Part shown: positions 48,170 through 56,972 of the stretch, in pieces
How positions within the stretch are numbered: the first letter of the stretch is position 1
How the letters are laid out: each line of letters begins with the position of its first letter
Assembly: GCA_018830005.1 (NCBI GenBank)
Contig: JAHJTE010000003.1
Location: 199,674 to 263,673 of the forward strand
Origin: Candidatus Omnitrophota bacterium
GTDB taxonomy: Bacteria; Omnitrophota; Gorgyraeia; JAHJTE01
Direction: 5' to 3'
Length of the DNA stretch: 64,000 nt
The notes under the pieces: model-generated
Told to the model about the DNA's origin: nothing
The model's database searches: none
The model's input: the letters and a program-made list of their open reading frames with translations, nothing else
Made by a program: the position numbers and the translations under genes

Positions 48170-50464
48170 CTAGCACTTAGAATATCCGCACGCGTAACAT
48201 TTAATACAGCCTTCTTCATGCCGCAGGGCGCCGCCACAATCAGGGCATACCCCGACAATATTTGCGCTGCGAAGAACTCTGTTTATGACACGCTCCTCGT
48301 TAACTAAGATATCCTCCTTACTTGCTGCCTCATCCTCTACGTCCTCATTTGAGGTATCTAGCAATCTCTTCTCAACCACGCGGGAAATAGCATCAGCGCA
48401 AGAGAAAATGCGCACACCTTTCTCCCAAGAAGGAGACGGACATCGTATGCCTCTTAATTGCTCAATAATTGATTTTACGTCTAAATCAGAACGCAAAGAC
48501 AAAGAAACAAGCCTGCCAATAGCCTCTAATTGACTAGCAGCACAGCCTCCTGCCTTGCCCATCTGAGTAAAGACCTCAAATGGCCTGCCTTTTTCATCGG
48601 AATTTATCGTTACATAGAGATTACCGCAACCTGTGGCGACCTTTGTCGTAGTACCGCAGACAACCTCAGGTCTTGCCCTGGGAATAATCTTCTTCTTGAA
48701 GGCATCAGTATCTGGTTCGTCTTTGTCTTTAGCTTTATTTATATTTAAGACCTGCTCTTCTCTGCTGCCATCACGATAGATTGTAACACCTTTGCATCCT
48801 AGCCTATACGCTAACATATAAACTTCGCTGACATTATCTTCAGTAGCATCATTGGGAAAATTTACTGTTTTGGATACGGCATTATCCGTGTATTTCTGAA
48901 ATGCAGCCTGCATGCGGATGTGCCAGGTCGGCGAGATATCGTGCGCAGTCACAAAAATCTTGCGCACATCCTGGGGTATCTCCTGAATCTCTGCTATAGA
49001 ATTTGCCTCAGCGACTTTTTCCATCAACTCCTTAGAATAAAAACCTCTTTCCTTGGCCACCTGCTCGAATATTGAATCAACCTCAACAAGCTTATCCTTA
49101 TCCATGACATTCCGATAATAAGAAATAGCAAATACAGGTTCTATACCAGAAGAACAAGGCCCGGCAATAATACTAATTGTGCCTGTTGGCGCAATTGTAG
49201 TTACTGTTGCATTCCTTAAAAACAAAGGTGGATCAGACTTGGCATAAATACTTTTATTAAATGCAGGAAATGTCCCGCGCTCATTTGCAAGCTCAGCTGA
49301 TTTTTTTCTTGCTTCATCTAAGATAAACGACATTAATTTCTCAGCCAAGACCACAGCCTCTTCGCTGTTATAAGGAGTCCCTAATAAAAACAGTAAACTT
49401 GCCCAACCCATCACGCCTAAACCAATCTTACGAGTTAGTTTTGTCTTGGTCTCGATCTCGGATAAAGGAAACTTATTTAAATCAATAACATTATCCAGAA
49501 AATGCACTGCAGTATGGGTGATGCGTTTTAACCTCTGCCAGTCTATATCGGATTTAGCGCCTTCCTTCTTAACCATTAAGGAAAGGTTTATAGAACCTAA
49601 ATTACAACTCTCATACGGCAAGAGGACCTGTTCTCCACAGGGATTAGTTGACTCATACATTCCCAACTCTGGCGTAGGATTAAATTTATTCATCTTATCA
49701 ATGAAGATAATCCCTGGTTCACCATTATTGTGTGCCATCTTTACAATCAAATCAAAGACTTCCTTGCTATTAAGCTTGCCTGTCGCTTCCTTTGTATGCG
49801 GGTCAATCAAATCATAGTCTTGGCCTGCCTCTAATTTCTTCATAAAATCATCTGTAACAGCCACGGATATGTTGAAATTATTTATCTTTTTATCTTCGTG
49901 CTTGCATTTAATAAATTCTAAGATATCTGGATGGTCAACCCGCAGTATTCCCATGTTCGCCCCACGACGAGCTCCACCCTGTTTCACAGCCTCAGTCGCA
50001 GCATCAAAGACCTTCATAAAGGAAACCGGCCCAGAGGCAACACCTCCCGTAGATTTAACTACTGAATTCTTAGGGCGCAAACGAGAGAAGGAAAAACCCG
50101 TGCCACCGCCACTTTTATGGATCATAGCCGTTGACTTTATTGCTTCAAAAATACTTTCCATGGCATCATCTACGGGGAGAACAAAACAAGCTGATAACTG
50201 ACCTAGCTCCTTTCCCGCATTCATAAGTGTGGGTGAATTTGGCATAAATTCTAAGTTAGTCATTGCCTCATAAAATCTAGATGCGGTCTTCTCAAGCTTG
50301 GCCCTATCTGCAGCGTAGAGTTTATCAGCAGAGGCTATAGCCTTAGCAACCCTCTCAAACATCTCCTGGGGGGTTTCTATAACTTTTGCCTTGCTATCCT
50401 TTTTTAGATAACGCCGTTCTAACACTGTTATGGCATTCTGGGAAAGCTTAACGGACATGTTCAC
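48170..50464 (-). CDS. nrdJ: Class II (adenosylcobalamin-dependent) ribonucleotide reductase
   Basis: 764 aa. NPCGEQ active-site region. C-terminal zinc ribbon CPDCGG...CIKCYACGY. Confidence 0.85.
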   Translation of the reverse strand: MNMSVKLSQNAITVLERRYLKKDSKAKVIETPQEMFERVAKAIASADKLYAADRAKLEKTASRFYEAMTNLEFMPNSPTLMNAGKELGQLSACFVLPVDDAMESIFEAIKSTAMIHKSGGGTGFSFSRLRPKNSVVKSTGGVASGPVSFMKVFDAATEAVKQGGARRGANMGILRVDHPDILEFIKCKHEDKKINNFNISVAVTDDFMKKLEAGQDYDLIDPHTKEATGKLNSKEVFDLIVKMAHNNGEPGIIFIDKMNKFNPTPELGMYESTNPCGEQVLLPYESCNLGSINLSLMVKKEGAKSDIDWQRLKRITHTAVHFLDNVIDLNKFPLSEIETKTKLTRKIGLGVMGWASLLFLLGTPYNSEEAVVLAEKLMSFILDEARKKSAELANERGTFPAFNKSIYAKSDPPLFLRNATVTTIAPTGTISIIAGPCSSGIEPVFAISYYRNVMDKDKLVEVDSIFEQVAKERGFYSKELMEKVAEANSIAEIQEIPQDVRKIFVTAHDISPTWHIRMQAAFQKYTDNAVSKTVNFPNDATEDNVSEVYMLAYRLGCKGVTIYRDGSREEQVLNINKAKDKDEPDTDAFKKKIIPRARPEVVCGTTTKVATGCGNLYVTINSDEKGRPFEVFTQMGKAGGCAASQLEAIGRLVSLSLRSDLDVKSIIEQLRGIRCPSPSWEKGVRIFSCADAISRVVEKRLLDTSNEDVEDEAASKEDILVNEERVINRVLRSANIVGVCPDCGGALRHEEGCIKCYACGYSKC

Positions 50465-50534
50465 ACCTCATTGAATATGATTACGGGGATTATTGAAATT
50501 AAGATTTTCTTTAGAACGATCTCAAGTGCTAAAA

Positions 50535-50563
50535 AGTATACATCTGTTTTGTTTTTCTGTCAA
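50535..50563 (-). promoter_or_regulatory. Sigma70-type promoter for nrdJ: TTGACA, 17-nt spacer, TATACT
   Basis: Minus-strand reading gives CTTGACAGAAAAACAAAACAGATGTATACT about 70 nt upstream of the nrdJ start. Confidence 0.6.
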
Positions 50564-50571
50564 GCAGAAAA

Positions 50572-50587
50572 ATACTATATATAGTAG
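50572..50587. promoter_or_regulatory. Putative NrdR box (ATACTATATATAGTAG; perfect 14-bp palindrome TACTATATATAGTA)
   Basis: Matches the NrdR operator consensus acaCwAtATaTwGtgt at the palindromic core. Located immediately upstream of the -35 hexamer of the nrdJ promoter (about 8 bp away). Confidence 0.5.
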
Positions 50588-50639
50588 ATATCTGAAGAAA
50601 GGATACAATAGATGGTGGTCATAACCTCGCTGCAGCCCC

Positions 50640-51635
50640 TTAAACGAATGGCACAACAGAATCGCGAATAACCAATTCTGTTTTGAGAACAGAACTTTTT
50701 ATTGTCTTGGGTTTTCCGGAAATAATATAGAGCAATGTCTCTAAGGCCTTCTCGCACATTTCAGTCAATGGTTGCCTGACAGTGGTCAATCTGATCGGAC
50801 CAAAAAGTCCTACAGGATCATCATCAAAACCAATGATTGAAATATCGCTGGGAACCTTGATACCTTTTTCCGATAAACAAGACACTACCTCCATTGCCAT
50901 ATCATCACTTGCCACAAATATAGCAGTCGGCTTATTATGCATCTTAATAATCTTCTCACTTGCGGCCCGAGCAGAATTACGAGAGTAGTCAGCCTTAAAT
51001 ATATACTTTTCATTTACTTGAATTCTGTTATCAGTTAACGCCTTTTTATATCCCTTAAGCCGCTCCTGGGCTGCCTGCGTATGCAGATCACCGCTGATAT
51101 GAACGATAGACTTATGCCCTAGACTTATAAGATAATTCACTGCCTCACGTGCACCAGCCCTATTATCAATATAAATGCAATTTACATTTTTAGAATCTAT
51201 TCTTTTGTTGATGACAACACTAGGAATGCCTTGATCTAAGACTTCATCCACCTGATTTTCATTACCAATAACATCGGCAAAGATTATGCCGTCTACTGAA
51301 CCTAAATTAGGGAAGGCGCGCTTGCCGCCAAGATGAAGCAATAAATCCAACTTCATCCTTTCGCAAATCGTTCCAATAGAACGAATAATTTCAATCGCAT
51401 AAAATGAATGAAATAATCCACTGTAGCGAGGAATAGCTAAACTAATAGTATTTGCCCTTCCTCCCGCAAGGCGTTGAGCACTTGTATTGGGCCGATACTT
51501 TAATTTACGGATAGTCTCTTCAACCTTAAGGCGATTTCTCGAAGTTACAGAGGGGAATTTATTTATAACGCGGGATACTGTTGTGGTAGAAACTGATGCA
51601 GCCTTTGCTACATCCAGAATTGTAATTTTTTTCAT
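50640..51635 (-). CDS. LacI-family transcriptional regulator
   Basis: 331 aa. N-terminal HTH ITILDVAKAASVSTTTVSRVIN. Periplasmic-binding-protein-like sugar-binding core. Confidence 0.9.
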   Translation of the reverse strand: MKKITILDVAKAASVSTTTVSRVINKFPSVTSRNRLKVEETIRKLKYRPNTSAQRLAGGRANTISLAIPRYSGLFHSFYAIEIIRSIGTICERMKLDLLLHLGGKRAFPNLGSVDGIIFADVIGNENQVDEVLDQGIPSVVINKRIDSKNVNCIYIDNRAGAREAVNYLISLGHKSIVHISGDLHTQAAQERLKGYKKALTDNRIQVNEKYIFKADYSRNSARAASEKIIKMHNKPTAIFVASDDMAMEVVSCLSEKGIKVPSDISIIGFDDDPVGLFGPIRLTTVRQPLTEMCEKALETLLYIISGKPKTIKSSVLKTELVIRDSVVPFV

Positions 51636-51654
51636 ACTTATAAGAGAAAAATAT

Positions 51655-51676
51655 GCCCGTAAAAAAATTTACGGGC
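51655..51676 (-). terminator. Putative intrinsic terminator (GCCCGTAAA / TTTACGGGC hairpin followed by a T-rich tract on the minus strand)
   Basis: 9-bp GC-containing stem immediately downstream of the gene at 51734..52915. The minus-strand tail is ATATTTTTCTCTT. Confidence 0.5.
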
Positions 51677-51733
51677 GGTAAGAATTTTAAAGCTTAGACA
51701 TGAGAAAATCTATTTCTAGCAACTATTTAAAAT

Positions 51734-52915
51734 TTATCTTACAGTATCGCCAATCCTAATATCGCGTTTGGGATTAACATTAATGACATCTGCTGCACTT
51801 ATATTCTTTCGTGCCTGAATTACCTCAAGGCGCGCTATTGTGACCTTATTGCGATAAACGTCAAACTTTCTTCCGATTGTCACGCCTTGATTTTCACCTA
51901 AATTTATTACGACAAAATTATTCGTTTCATTTATAGCAATAACCTTACCAGAAATAATCCTTAAATCATTGATCGCATCTATCTTCTCACCCTTGACTAT
52001 TATCGGCGGTAATTCCACTCCTTTAGTTTCGCCCTCTTGACTGGCGGCACTCTTGATCTGCTCATAACCGGACATAGCCTTTATCTCTTCTGTGGCAAGA
52101 GTCACCTCTTGAATTTTTTTCTCAATATCAAGATTCATTTCTTCAACCTTTTTATCTAACTGACTTCTCTCTTCATCAATCCTTTTTAATTTATTTTTAA
52201 GTGAAAAATTTGTCTTATCTACTTCCTTTATTCTTGCGCGCAGCGATATATTTTCCTGCTTTATATTTTTAACCTGCTCTAAGATTTCCTTTTTATCCTT
52301 TTGTTCGCGCATCAGCTCTTTCGAGAGATTTTCAGCCAGACGCTCATTGTAGGTAACTTGGCGCGACATGTCTTGATTATTCTGCTCTAGTTGCGAGACA
52401 GCTAAGGTCAGATCATTCTTTTCTTGCTCTGCCTTATCTAATCTCAATTGTAAATCACTCACCACATCTTTTAAATCAGATAATCTCAATTCTAAGTCAG
52501 CCTTGCTCTTTAGGATGCTGGCCCAATATTCATCCGGCTCTAGCATCTCAGCTTGAGTAGGCTCAAAGGCTGGCCCTTCCTTCTTTGCCAGGGCTAAGCC
52601 TTGTAACTTTCCTACTAACTCTTCCTTTTCTTTCGATAACAGCTCGTATTTTTCTACTGCACTATCACGTTCACCCTTTAAATCATTTATATCTTTTTCA
52701 AGCCCTGAGATCTTAACCTGCAGCTGCTCCTTATCTTCTTTCAGACGAGAAACCTGACCTGACCAATTACTTGTCTGGGTGTTAAGTTTTGTTTTTATCT
52801 CTTCATAGCCCTGTTGAAATGACTGTCTCTGTTGAAAAAGTTGAAGCAAGAAAAATATACTTACTAATAATAAAATTAATAATCCAATAATAATTAGTTT
52901 TGGACCTTTCCCCAT
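51734..52915 (-). CDS. Membrane-anchored long coiled-coil protein with C-terminal beta-rich domain; hypothetical
   Basis: 393 aa. N-terminal TM (LIIIGLLILLLVSIFFLL). About 250 aa of heptad-rich Q/E/K/L sequence. C-terminal about 90-aa beta domain. Confidence 0.45.
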   Translation of the reverse strand: MGKGPKLIIIGLLILLLVSIFFLLQLFQQRQSFQQGYEEIKTKLNTQTSNWSGQVSRLKEDKEQLQVKISGLEKDINDLKGERDSAVEKYELLSKEKEELVGKLQGLALAKKEGPAFEPTQAEMLEPDEYWASILKSKADLELRLSDLKDVVSDLQLRLDKAEQEKNDLTLAVSQLEQNNQDMSRQVTYNERLAENLSKELMREQKDKKEILEQVKNIKQENISLRARIKEVDKTNFSLKNKLKRIDEERSQLDKKVEEMNLDIEKKIQEVTLATEEIKAMSGYEQIKSAASQEGETKGVELPPIIVKGEKIDAINDLRIISGKVIAINETNNFVVINLGENQGVTIGRKFDVYRNKVTIARLEVIQARKNISAADVINVNPKRDIRIGDTVR

Positions 52916-52942
52916 TTTACCCCCTATTTAACAAAATTAATC

Positions 52943-54184
52943 TCAGGCCTCAGCAAACATATTGCGCACTACTAAACTTGCCGCACCTAAGGCTACGGAA
53001 TTTTCCCCTAAACGAGACGGGATAACCTTTACGGCCTTAGCCATCTCCTTAAAAGACCACTCGTCAATTTCACTTCTTATAACATCAAGCAGAGCAGTGC
53101 CTGCCTCTTCTAGGCCACCGCCAATAATTATTAACTGAGGGTTTAGAAAGTTTACAAGAAAGGCAAGCTTTCTGCCCAGTCTCTTTGCTGCAGCACTAAC
53201 CAATTCTAAGGCTGTTGTATCTGCCTGGCGTGCTGCTTTAAACACAGAAGAAAGCGTAATTTTGGTTATATCATTGCCTGCCAATTTCATGATCGTTGAG
53301 GAACTTTGTAATTCCGGATAAGAGACAAATTTATTCTTTGCTGCATCTAAAATACCTAAATCCGCCTCAGTACGTTTCAATAAACAAGGAGAACCGAAGT
53401 CACAATTAAAAAATCCATCATCCTTTGAATCTGATATAGAAAACTCCCCTGCTCCTCCACTTGCACCGCGATAAATCTCACCATTTATCATGATACCGCA
53501 ACCTACTCCTGAAAATAAATAAAGAATGTGCTTTGTCTCTGCGTTCAAAGTCAGCCACTGTTCCCCAAAACAGGCCAATGTGGCATCATTGTCAATAAAG
53601 GCATCTAGTCCAAACTCGTGCTCGATAATATCCTTCAACGGCAGATAGACTGTTGCATAATTAGTCGGGTCTTGCGAAATCCTTTGCGGCCAAGAGACTG
53701 TTTCGCCCTCTTTATCTACGACGCCAGCTATTCCTATGCCTATTCCTTCAATTATCTTGTTCTGTTTTTTTGCCTCAGCCTGAAGTTCTTTAATAATCTT
53801 AATGATTGAGGCAACTATATCCTGAATATTTAACTCTGGCTTTTCATTTTTTATGCAGTGTAGCAACTTGCCGTTGAGGTCGGTCATCACTCCTACCATA
53901 TGCAATAAATTTAAACCAACGCCAATAGCAACTCCTCGCTGCAGATTAAGATCAAGTAAGAGTGGCCTGCGGCCCCCGCCTGAAACATCAAGCGTCTTCT
54001 CCATAACTATATTTTTTTTCAAAAATTCTTCGATGTAATTCGAAACAGTAGCGATATTAAGCCCCACGAGTTTAGATATATCTGTTTTACTTATCGGGCC
54101 ACTGCGTCTAATAGCTTCTAAGATAGCCAGATTTCTTCGCGATCTTTCAGTCAAAATCTCGCCTTCAAATCTTGAAGTCTTCAC
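52943..54184 (-). CDS. ROK-family transcriptional regulator (NagC/XylR-type; N-terminal HTH plus ROK sugar-kinase-like domain)
   Basis: 413 aa. The HTH is ILEAIRRSGPISKTDISKLVGLNIATVSNYI. ROK motif GIGIGIAGVVD. Confidence 0.85.
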   Translation of the reverse strand: MKTSRFEGEILTERSRRNLAILEAIRRSGPISKTDISKLVGLNIATVSNYIEEFLKKNIVMEKTLDVSGGGRRPLLLDLNLQRGVAIGVGLNLLHMVGVMTDLNGKLLHCIKNEKPELNIQDIVASIIKIIKELQAEAKKQNKIIEGIGIGIAGVVDKEGETVSWPQRISQDPTNYATVYLPLKDIIEHEFGLDAFIDNDATLACFGEQWLTLNAETKHILYLFSGVGCGIMINGEIYRGASGGAGEFSISDSKDDGFFNCDFGSPCLLKRTEADLGILDAAKNKFVSYPELQSSSTIMKLAGNDITKITLSSVFKAARQADTTALELVSAAAKRLGRKLAFLVNFLNPQLIIIGGGLEEAGTALLDVIRSEIDEWSFKEMAKAVKVIPSRLGENSVALGAASLVVRNMFAEA

Positions 54185-54368
54185 CTTTTCGGCATCACTT
54201 TCCCGTGGCTTTATGATATTTTAGCTAATATATAAACTATTTTAATAATACTACACAAGCTAAATTAAGTCAATAGGTTATCGTATTATTTTACTACAGA
54301 CAGACAGGTAATTTCTGGATAAAAAAATAAGGCTGGTTTTTTGAGGTTAGTTTATGAACTACTTATAT

Positions 54369-55670
54369 CTAATCCCTGCTCCAGTATTCCTCCAATGCAT
54401 AGTATACCTTCTTGGGAATGCGCTCATCAGGACCGTCTTCCGCAACAAGCCTGACAATCCCCCACCATTCTTCATTCATATTTAAATTGCCTTCAGCAGC
54501 AATATCAAAATAGTAAGCTCCGTTTGACCAACCCGCTGTCTCATCGTGGATTGACCACTTTTGTGGATTATATTCTTCTGTCTTCCACCATTCGTCAGTC
54601 CACTCAAACACAACTCCGCCCAGACAGTTGCCTTCACCGCTTGCGCCAGCCAAATTCCTTTCAATCTCTTTCCATTCAGAAATTATAAATTGAGTCTGCA
54701 TATCCTCATCAGGCTGCTTGGTATGCGCGTTAAAAGAGTCAGAGCCGAATTCTGAAATAAAAAAGGCCTTGCCCCAAAGATCCTTAACCCGGCTGAATAA
54801 CCTGCCGAATGATTTTCCGCTGTAAATCGAACAGGCCAAAATATCCACGTGACTGGAGTGCTCTTTTGCCGTCTCAATAAAATCAATACCACCATTACCT
54901 AAGGCAACAGGATGGTCCGGATCAATATCCTTTATACAGGCTGCGATCTCATTGATAAACTTATAATAGACTTTTGCCTTCGCCTGCCTCTTTTTATAAG
55001 GATCTTTGATTTCGTCTAATCTAAGACTGCTCCAGAGGCGTAGCCTCTGTTTACCAAAAGAAAAATTATTTTCGTTACCTAAAACCCACAACAGGATACC
55101 TTCTGTATCCTTAAGCTCATTGACCATGGCCAGACAATCACGTTTAACGCTCTGCCTAAATTCAGAATTGTCATAATCAGGGTATGTCCCTTGCCAAAAA
55201 CCTATCCAATGCCCCATTATTGTACGTATGCCAAATTCTTCGTAGAAATAATTAATAATCTCCTTAGTCCGCTCAATATCAGGTCCGGGCTGATATATGC
55301 GTATTGCATTTACCCCCATATCCTGCATTAATTGCGCATCCTTTTTAAAAACCTCTAAATCCTGCTGCCAAAAATCATAAGAATAGTTTTTGCCGATAGG
55401 AACAGGGCTATAACACACGCCTTTAATTACGAATGGGACACTTCTTGTTAAAAGCTGATAATCACCCTCTTTGGTTTTGGCTATCCTTACCTTTGGTTTG
55501 GCAGGAAGGCCGGATTTCAAGAAGTCAAAGCCAACTAAGAATAACAAAGAAAAAACCAGAAGCAAAATCAGAGATAGGTTTTTTTCTCTTGCTTCTGGCT
55601 TTCTTTTTTTATGCTTTCTTATTTTAAATATCCCCTTAGTCGATCCAACTTGCGCTACAGAATCACTCAT
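54369..55670 (-). CDS. Glycoside hydrolase, clan GH-A (TIM barrel; GH5/GH2-like)
   Basis: 433 aa with an N-terminal TM or signal. LGNENN (acid/base Glu) and ISEFGSDSF (nucleophile Glu). GVVFEWTDEWWK is shared with the paralog at 56973..59309. Confidence 0.65.
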   Translation of the reverse strand: MSDSVAQVGSTKGIFKIRKHKKRKPEAREKNLSLILLLVFSLLFLVGFDFLKSGLPAKPKVRIAKTKEGDYQLLTRSVPFVIKGVCYSPVPIGKNYSYDFWQQDLEVFKKDAQLMQDMGVNAIRIYQPGPDIERTKEIINYFYEEFGIRTIMGHWIGFWQGTYPDYDNSEFRQSVKRDCLAMVNELKDTEGILLWVLGNENNFSFGKQRLRLWSSLRLDEIKDPYKKRQAKAKVYYKFINEIAACIKDIDPDHPVALGNGGIDFIETAKEHSSHVDILACSIYSGKSFGRLFSRVKDLWGKAFFISEFGSDSFNAHTKQPDEDMQTQFIISEWKEIERNLAGASGEGNCLGGVVFEWTDEWWKTEEYNPQKWSIHDETAGWSNGAYYFDIAAEGNLNMNEEWWGIVRLVAEDGPDERIPKKVYYALEEYWSRD

Positions 55671-56838
55671 ATCTTATTTCATCAATATAGAAAACAACTC
55701 CCTCAGGATTTACATCCACATTAGTAGACCAGGTAAAACCGCCGCTTATATAACTTAGATCTTTACCCTTTAAGTCTATAACATACTGTTTCCATTTATC
55801 AGTTAAAATAACCGGACCAATACCAGCTGAGTCTGAATCAGAGTATTTACCCATTAAACCACCGATCTTAAATTCCTCGATCCTCTCTCCGCCTTTTTCG
55901 CCCCTTGCCCAAAAACTAAGTTTGCTGGCCTTGGATAAATCATAGCCGCCATCAACATTTCCCCAGTTGTTGGGAGGGCTCTGCCAATAAACGCCGGCCC
56001 AACGAGCACCATTAGACATATTTCCAGAATAAACTATTTTTACACAGCTTTCTCCTGATGTGGGATTATCAGCTGAGGCCTGATCTATAGATATATCACC
56101 ATAATCTCCCATCCAGCCAGAAGGTGTGAAATGATTCTTCAAAGACATCCTGTCAGTATATACATAAAATGGCATCAGCTCAGCTGCTTTGACTTCAGGT
56201 TTCATTGATTCATCTTTCTCGAATTTAATTTCATCGATGTAGAAAACCGCTCCATCAGGGTTTAGATCTGCGCTTGTAACAAACACAAATCCTCCGCTTA
56301 TATAGCTTAAATCCTTTTCTGCCAAATTAATGGTATATTTCTCCCAGGTGTCGCTCAATTCAACTGGGCCAAAATCTACTTCTGTTGAATCTGGATACGT
56401 GCCTTTAATTCCGCCGACTTTTAACTTCTCTATTATTTCACCGCCAGATTTTCCCTTTGCCCAAAAAGTTAGCTTGGTCATTCCAGTCAAATCATAACCA
56501 CCCTGCCTTGAACCCCAGTTGTTAGGAGGATTCTGCCAATAAATACCAGTCCAACCAAAGCCTCCGGAACGTTTAGAGCTATAGGAAATCTCTATGCAAG
56601 TAGAGCCGCTGTAAGGCTCATTCCTTGACTCGTCGTTTAATTTAACATCACCATGATCTCCCATCCAGCCAGAAGGAATATAATGGTTATCAGGAGAATT
56701 CTTATCCATATACACGCTAAACACTTCCTGGGCACGAACTGATACTGTTGATAATAGAAAGATTACACTGAGTGCTAAAAAAACCTTTTTCATTATACTG
56801 CCTCCTTCATTAGAACCATGACCTATGTTAGTTACCAC
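55663..56838 (-). CDS. Secreted protein with two tandem roughly 175-aa repeats (carbohydrate-binding-module-like)
   Basis: Signal peptide. Repeat 1 is PSGWMGDHGD...YWQNPPNNWG...GGFVFVTSADLNPDGAVFYIDEIKFE. Repeat 2 is PSGWMGDYGD...YWQSPPNNWG...GGFTWSTNVDVNPEGVVFYIDEIRYE. Confidence 0.6.
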   Translation of the reverse strand: MVTNIGHGSNEGGSIMKKVFLALSVIFLLSTVSVRAQEVFSVYMDKNSPDNHYIPSGWMGDHGDVKLNDESRNEPYSGSTCIEISYSSKRSGGFGWTGIYWQNPPNNWGSRQGGYDLTGMTKLTFWAKGKSGGEIIEKLKVGGIKGTYPDSTEVDFGPVELSDTWEKYTINLAEKDLSYISGGFVFVTSADLNPDGAVFYIDEIKFEKDESMKPEVKAAELMPFYVYTDRMSLKNHFTPSGWMGDYGDISIDQASADNPTSGESCVKIVYSGNMSNGARWAGVYWQSPPNNWGNVDGGYDLSKASKLSFWARGEKGGERIEEFKIGGLMGKYSDSDSAGIGPVILTDKWKQYVIDLKGKDLSYISGGFTWSTNVDVNPEGVVFYIDEIRYE

Positions 56839-56916
56839 AAGTCCTGTCTTTATTTAATCTTTTAAAATCTTTTTAATTATCTTAGGAATCTGATTTGGTT
56901 TTTGTTGAGAATCTTT

Positions 56917-56945
56917 AGTATAATCTAAGCGTATAAAAAAGTCAA
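56917..56945 (-). promoter_or_regulatory. Sigma70-type promoter (TTGACT, 17-nt spacer, TATACT) upstream of the CBM-like gene
   Basis: The minus strand reads CTTGACTTTTTTATACGCTTAGATTATACTAAAG, about 80 nt upstream of the start at 56838. Confidence 0.55.
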
Positions 56946-56972
56946 GCAAAATTGTCTTAGGATATTATGTAT

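Noticed and set aside
50532-50547. Possible second NrdR box (AAAAGTATACATCTGT)
   Set aside because: Only the GTATAC core is palindromic. It matches the NrdR consensus poorly and overlaps the -10 hexamer, so it was not called.
50655-50685. Inverted repeat AACAGAAT-N12-ATTCTGTT
   Set aside because: It lies inside the 3' coding region of the LacI-family gene, so it more likely reflects protein-coding constraint than a regulatory site.
50575-50757. Minus-strand 60-aa ORF overlapping the nrdJ promoter region and the lacI 3' end
   Set aside because: It overlaps the NrdR-box and promoter region and the LacI stop. It has no RBS and is most likely non-coding.
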